DNA from: an uncultured archaeon
GTDB taxonomy: Archaea; Asgardarchaeota; Heimdallarchaeia; Heimdallarchaeales; Heimdallarchaeaceae
Direction: 5' to 3'
DNA length: 11,900 nt
Assembly: GCA_964534625.1 (NCBI GenBank)
Contig: CAZHRF010000065.1
Coordinates: 1 to 11,900, forward strand
Shown here: piece after piece, positions 9,286 through 11,900 of the stretch
How positions within the stretch are numbered: the first letter of the stretch is position 1
Layout: the number at the start of each line of letters is the position of its first letter
The notes under the pieces: model-generated
The model's input: only the letters and a program-made list of their open reading frames with translations
The model's database searches: none
What the model was told of the DNA's origin: nothing
Translations under genes and position numbers: made by a program

Positions 9286-10254
9286 ATGAAAAGATCAGAT
9301 CTAAAAGGAAAAGATTTCATTACTTTACGTGATTGGACTAATGAAGAGATAGATTTACTTCTAGAAGTCTCGTATGAGTTAAAAGAAAAATTTAGAAAAA
9401 ACGAGATTACTCCTTATTTACCCCTAAGAACCATTTTTTTGATGTTTTTTGAACAATCAACACGCACGAGAAACTCAATGGAAGCAGGTATAGCTCAATT
9501 AGGTGGACATGCCAATTTTCTAGATACTTCCACCATGCAAATAGCACATGGAGAAGTAGCAAAAGATACAGCTGCCATATTGGGAAGTTATGGACATGCA
9601 ATAGCTTGTCGAAATTGTGTATGGGAGCAAGGAAATAAATATCTTAATGATATGGCAAAACACTCACCTGTCCCTATAATGAGTTTACAAGATGACTTAT
9701 ATCATCCGATGCAAGGAGTAGCTGATTTGATGACTATTCAAGAACAGAAAGGAGAAACTAAACACCTAAACGTTTCGATAATCTGGGCTTATGCTACAAG
9801 TCACAAAAAACCTATATCTGTACCTTTAACTCAAGCATTACTCTTTCCACGGTATGGTATGAATGTAACTCTAGCCTATCCAGAAGGATTTGAAATGCCT
9901 GATTGGGTGATAGCAGAAGCAGAACAAAATGCTTTACAATATGGAGGATCTTTCAAAATTACTCATGATATGAAAGAAGCCTATAACGACGCTGATGTGG
10001 TTATACCTAAAAATTGGGGGTCTTGGAGCGGTAAGCATGGTGATGTTAATCTTGAGCAATTCAAAGATTGGAAATGCACAGATCAAATGATGAAACAAGC
10101 AAAAGATGATGTTATCTACATGCACGCTTTACCCGCTGATAGAGGTAATGAAGTCGAGGATGCAGTTATAGATGGTCCTCATTCTGTTGTCTATCCAGAA
10201 GCTGAAAATAGATTACATACAGCCAAAGCAGTAATGTGGTTAACAATAAAATAA
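9286..10254 (+). CDS. Carbamoyltransferase (ATCase/OTCase fold), YgeW-like rather than ArgF or PyrB
   Basis: Carbamoyl-phosphate motifs STRT (S58), HPMQ and HALP. Carries YgeW-like WAYxxSxxKPxSVP and PKxW segments and lacks the ArgF ornithine motif DxxxSMG. GAGGA SD at 9275-9279. Confidence 0.8.
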   Translation: MKRSDLKGKDFITLRDWTNEEIDLLLEVSYELKEKFRKNEITPYLPLRTIFLMFFEQSTRTRNSMEAGIAQLGGHANFLDTSTMQIAHGEVAKDTAAILGSYGHAIACRNCVWEQGNKYLNDMAKHSPVPIMSLQDDLYHPMQGVADLMTIQEQKGETKHLNVSIIWAYATSHKKPISVPLTQALLFPRYGMNVTLAYPEGFEMPDWVIAEAEQNALQYGGSFKITHDMKEAYNDADVVIPKNWGSWSGKHGDVNLEQFKDWKCTDQMMKQAKDDVIYMHALPADRGNEVEDAVIDGPHSVVYPEAENRLHTAKAVMWLTIK

Positions 10255-10475
10255 AACCTATCCTAATTAGTAGAGTCTTTATCATCACTCCAAAAAGCTA
10301 GGTTAAAATATTTGATGTAATAAATAATCCATAATGGCCAAATTTACCCATAAATAGTGTTTTTATTGGTTTTATTTATTGTTTTCTGAACATACTCTTG
10401 AATTGATGCTTTTTTTGTCCTTTGTGAGTATTTAAGAACTCTTTTACTTATAGTAATATTTGAGGTAATCTTATA

Positions 10476-11525
10476 ATGGAAGTTTTATCCGTCTTGATTA
10501 TTGGTATAATAATGACGTTGAGTGGGATTGTGGTATTTATCTTAGGTCAAAAAAGAGGTATACGCAACTCTTGGTTATGGGCTTCATTCCCTATTTTTCA
10601 TGGTTTTCATGAATTTGTAGATTTTTTGCTAGAAAATTATACTTTGCCTATCTTTTTTGAACGTCTTGAATTAGCCTTTGCCTTTATATCATCGTTTGCT
10701 TTGCTTGCTGCATCTATAGAATTTGTAGGCGTAATATCGAACCCTACAGGAAAAGTAAGTGCAGGAGTAGGATTATTGAGCATGGGTTATGTGATTTTTG
10801 CCATTCCAGCAGAAGAACTAGAAGCATTAAATGAAATTGTTATTCTTTCATCAGATCTATTCCGTTTCTTTTTTGGATTTTTATTAGTGATGTTTGCAGT
10901 CTTGGCGATATTCGGATCATATTTGTATCTTGTACTATCAAAGAAATCAGATGAAATAACTAAAAGCATAAGCCAAACGTCTATCATTTCATCAATACTC
11001 TTGATAATATTCGCAATATTTGAAGGTTTTAACTCTACTAGCCCCATATTCATAATCTTTAGAGCTATTTCTTTGAGTCTTTTTGTAATTATCCCTGCGT
11101 ATATAGTGTTGACAAGTAAGCTAGGTCTAACACGCTTACTTGTTATGAATAAAGATGGGATGTTGCTGTATGGATATAATTTCTTAAGAATGAAGTGTTT
11201 GCTATGTAATGAAGAGGGATATGAAAGCGATAAGGAATTGCTAATGTCGAGTTTTCTTGCAGCTTTATCAGGGTTCACAAGTGAATTATCAGAAATAGAT
11301 AAAACCTTCAACTTAGAATCAAACAATTTGTATTTTGTTCTTACACAGCGGGATGATATAATTTACGTTATTCAATCACGAAATTATTCGAAACAACTGG
11401 AAGTTGATTTCTTTAGTTTGACAAAGAAAATTCATGAAGAAATGAAAACAGTAAGAGAGTATTCTGAAGAGAAAAGCAAAGAACTTAATGAACCAGTATT
11501 AGATGCCTTGAATAAATATCTGTAA
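10476..11525 (+). CDS. 7-TM membrane protein with a C-terminal longin-like domain (putative sensor/receptor)
   Basis: Seven hydrophobic segments in aa 1-213, then a soluble domain (aa 217-349) with a beta-beta-alpha-beta-beta-beta-alpha pattern: RLLVMNKDGMLLYGYNF...LLMSSFLAALSGFTSEL...FNLES...YFVL...IIYVIQS...LEVDFFSLTKKI. GAGGT SD at 10462-10466. The CDS is secure; the domain call is by pattern only. Confidence 0.7.
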   Translation: MEVLSVLIIGIIMTLSGIVVFILGQKRGIRNSWLWASFPIFHGFHEFVDFLLENYTLPIFFERLELAFAFISSFALLAASIEFVGVISNPTGKVSAGVGLLSMGYVIFAIPAEELEALNEIVILSSDLFRFFFGFLLVMFAVLAIFGSYLYLVLSKKSDEITKSISQTSIISSILLIIFAIFEGFNSTSPIFIIFRAISLSLFVIIPAYIVLTSKLGLTRLLVMNKDGMLLYGYNFLRMKCLLCNEEGYESDKELLMSSFLAALSGFTSELSEIDKTFNLESNNLYFVLTQRDDIIYVIQSRNYSKQLEVDFFSLTKKIHEEMKTVREYSEEKSKELNEPVLDALNKYL

Positions 11526-11615
11526 GGAACAACTCAAAGATATAGTACTAGATATCTATTACATGATATTTACTTTACTTATTCTTCTCCTCCGTCAATC
11601 TCTCACCTACTTCTT

Positions 11616-11647
11616 GACCCCCTATTCTTTAGGATGGGGTAGTTCAT
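11616..11647 (+). mobile_element. Orphan IS200/IS605-family end-like hairpin (remnant)
   Basis: GACCCCCTATTC-TTTA-GGATGGGG-TAGTTCAT is a GC-rich imperfect stem with a TTTA loop followed by TAGTTCA, the pattern I recall for tnpB/iscB element ends. No tnpA or tnpB gene lies in the window. Confidence 0.55.
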
Positions 11648-11900
11648 GCGGAGTTACCATTTCAATTTTTCTTTAATATTCATAGTCATTAATTCTTGTC
11701 TTTTCAAACTTCAATGTTTTTTTTACTCATATATGTTTAAAAAGAATTAAACCATTGTTTACCCATGACTAATTGGAACTATAAAACTGATGTTTTAATA
11801 GTATTCAAGGTAAAAATAACTCAAACTAACTAATAAATCTTTTGGAGTTTTTATTAACACTGTTAACTCAACTAAGATCGGTTAAACTTTTGAGCACAAT

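Noticed and set aside
9407-10125. Two short minus-strand ORFs (9407-9601 and 9934-10125)
   Set aside because: Antisense to the well-supported carbamoyltransferase gene.
10255-10431. 6-bp inverted repeats after the carbamoyltransferase (AACCTA/TAGGTT, ATACTC/GAGTAT)
   Set aside because: Short stems with long loops, not distinguishable from background.
4686-10475. Selenocysteine recoding or SECIS in the selenium-linked cluster
   Set aside because: All genes are full length, end in TAA or TAG and contain no in-frame TGA; no convincing SECIS was seen.
10476-11120. Rhodopsin or true GPCR identity for the 7-TM domain
   Set aside because: No TM7 retinal lysine and no DRY or NPxxY motifs; only the helix count is shared.
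10787-11326. 179-aa minus-strand ORF
   Set aside because: Lies wholly antisense within the 7-TM gene; its Ser/Asn/Lys/Ile-rich composition is what the mirror of a hydrophobic gene would give.
11538-11558. Overlapping short palindromes (TAGTACTA, TAGATATCTA); also TTAACA-C-TGTTAA at 11854-11866
   Set aside because: AT-rich and short, so within chance expectation without conservation data.
11620-11770. Minus-strand pseudogene-like fragments (e.g. KTLKFEKTRINDYEY*RKIEMVTPHELPHPKE*)
   Set aside because: Short, stop-interrupted and without recognisable homology; no tnpB remnant could be identified.
1-11900. CRISPR array, tRNA or rRNA
   Set aside because: No regularly spaced repeats and no GC-rich cloverleaf or rRNA-like segment in any intergenic region.

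Overview
AT-rich, gene-dense window that looks archaeal and probably Asgard-like. This is an inference from an archaeal-type phosphopantothenate synthetase, TATA-like boxes just upstream of starts, and a longin-like domain. Minus strand: CoA-biosynthesis pair PPS and panB. Plus strand, diverging from them: a cellulose-synthase-like processive GT2 (DxD/TED/QxxRW, no PilZ), an EamA/DMT transporter, then a compact four-gene run. That run encodes a MocA-like nucleotidyltransferase, a fused 2x[2Fe-2S]/Mo hydroxylase retaining xanthine-oxidoreductase purine-site residues, a YgeY-family M20 hydrolase and a short YgeW-like carbamoyltransferase. It resembles part of the bacterial anaerobic purine/urate catabolic cluster, here in an archaeal setting. 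Next is a 7-TM protein with an intramembrane HGxHE motif fused to a C-terminal longin-like domain, a candidate receptor for small-GTPase signalling. The final non-coding stretch holds an orphan hairpin resembling an IS200/IS605 transposon end. All family calls come from motif recognition by eye; no searches were run.
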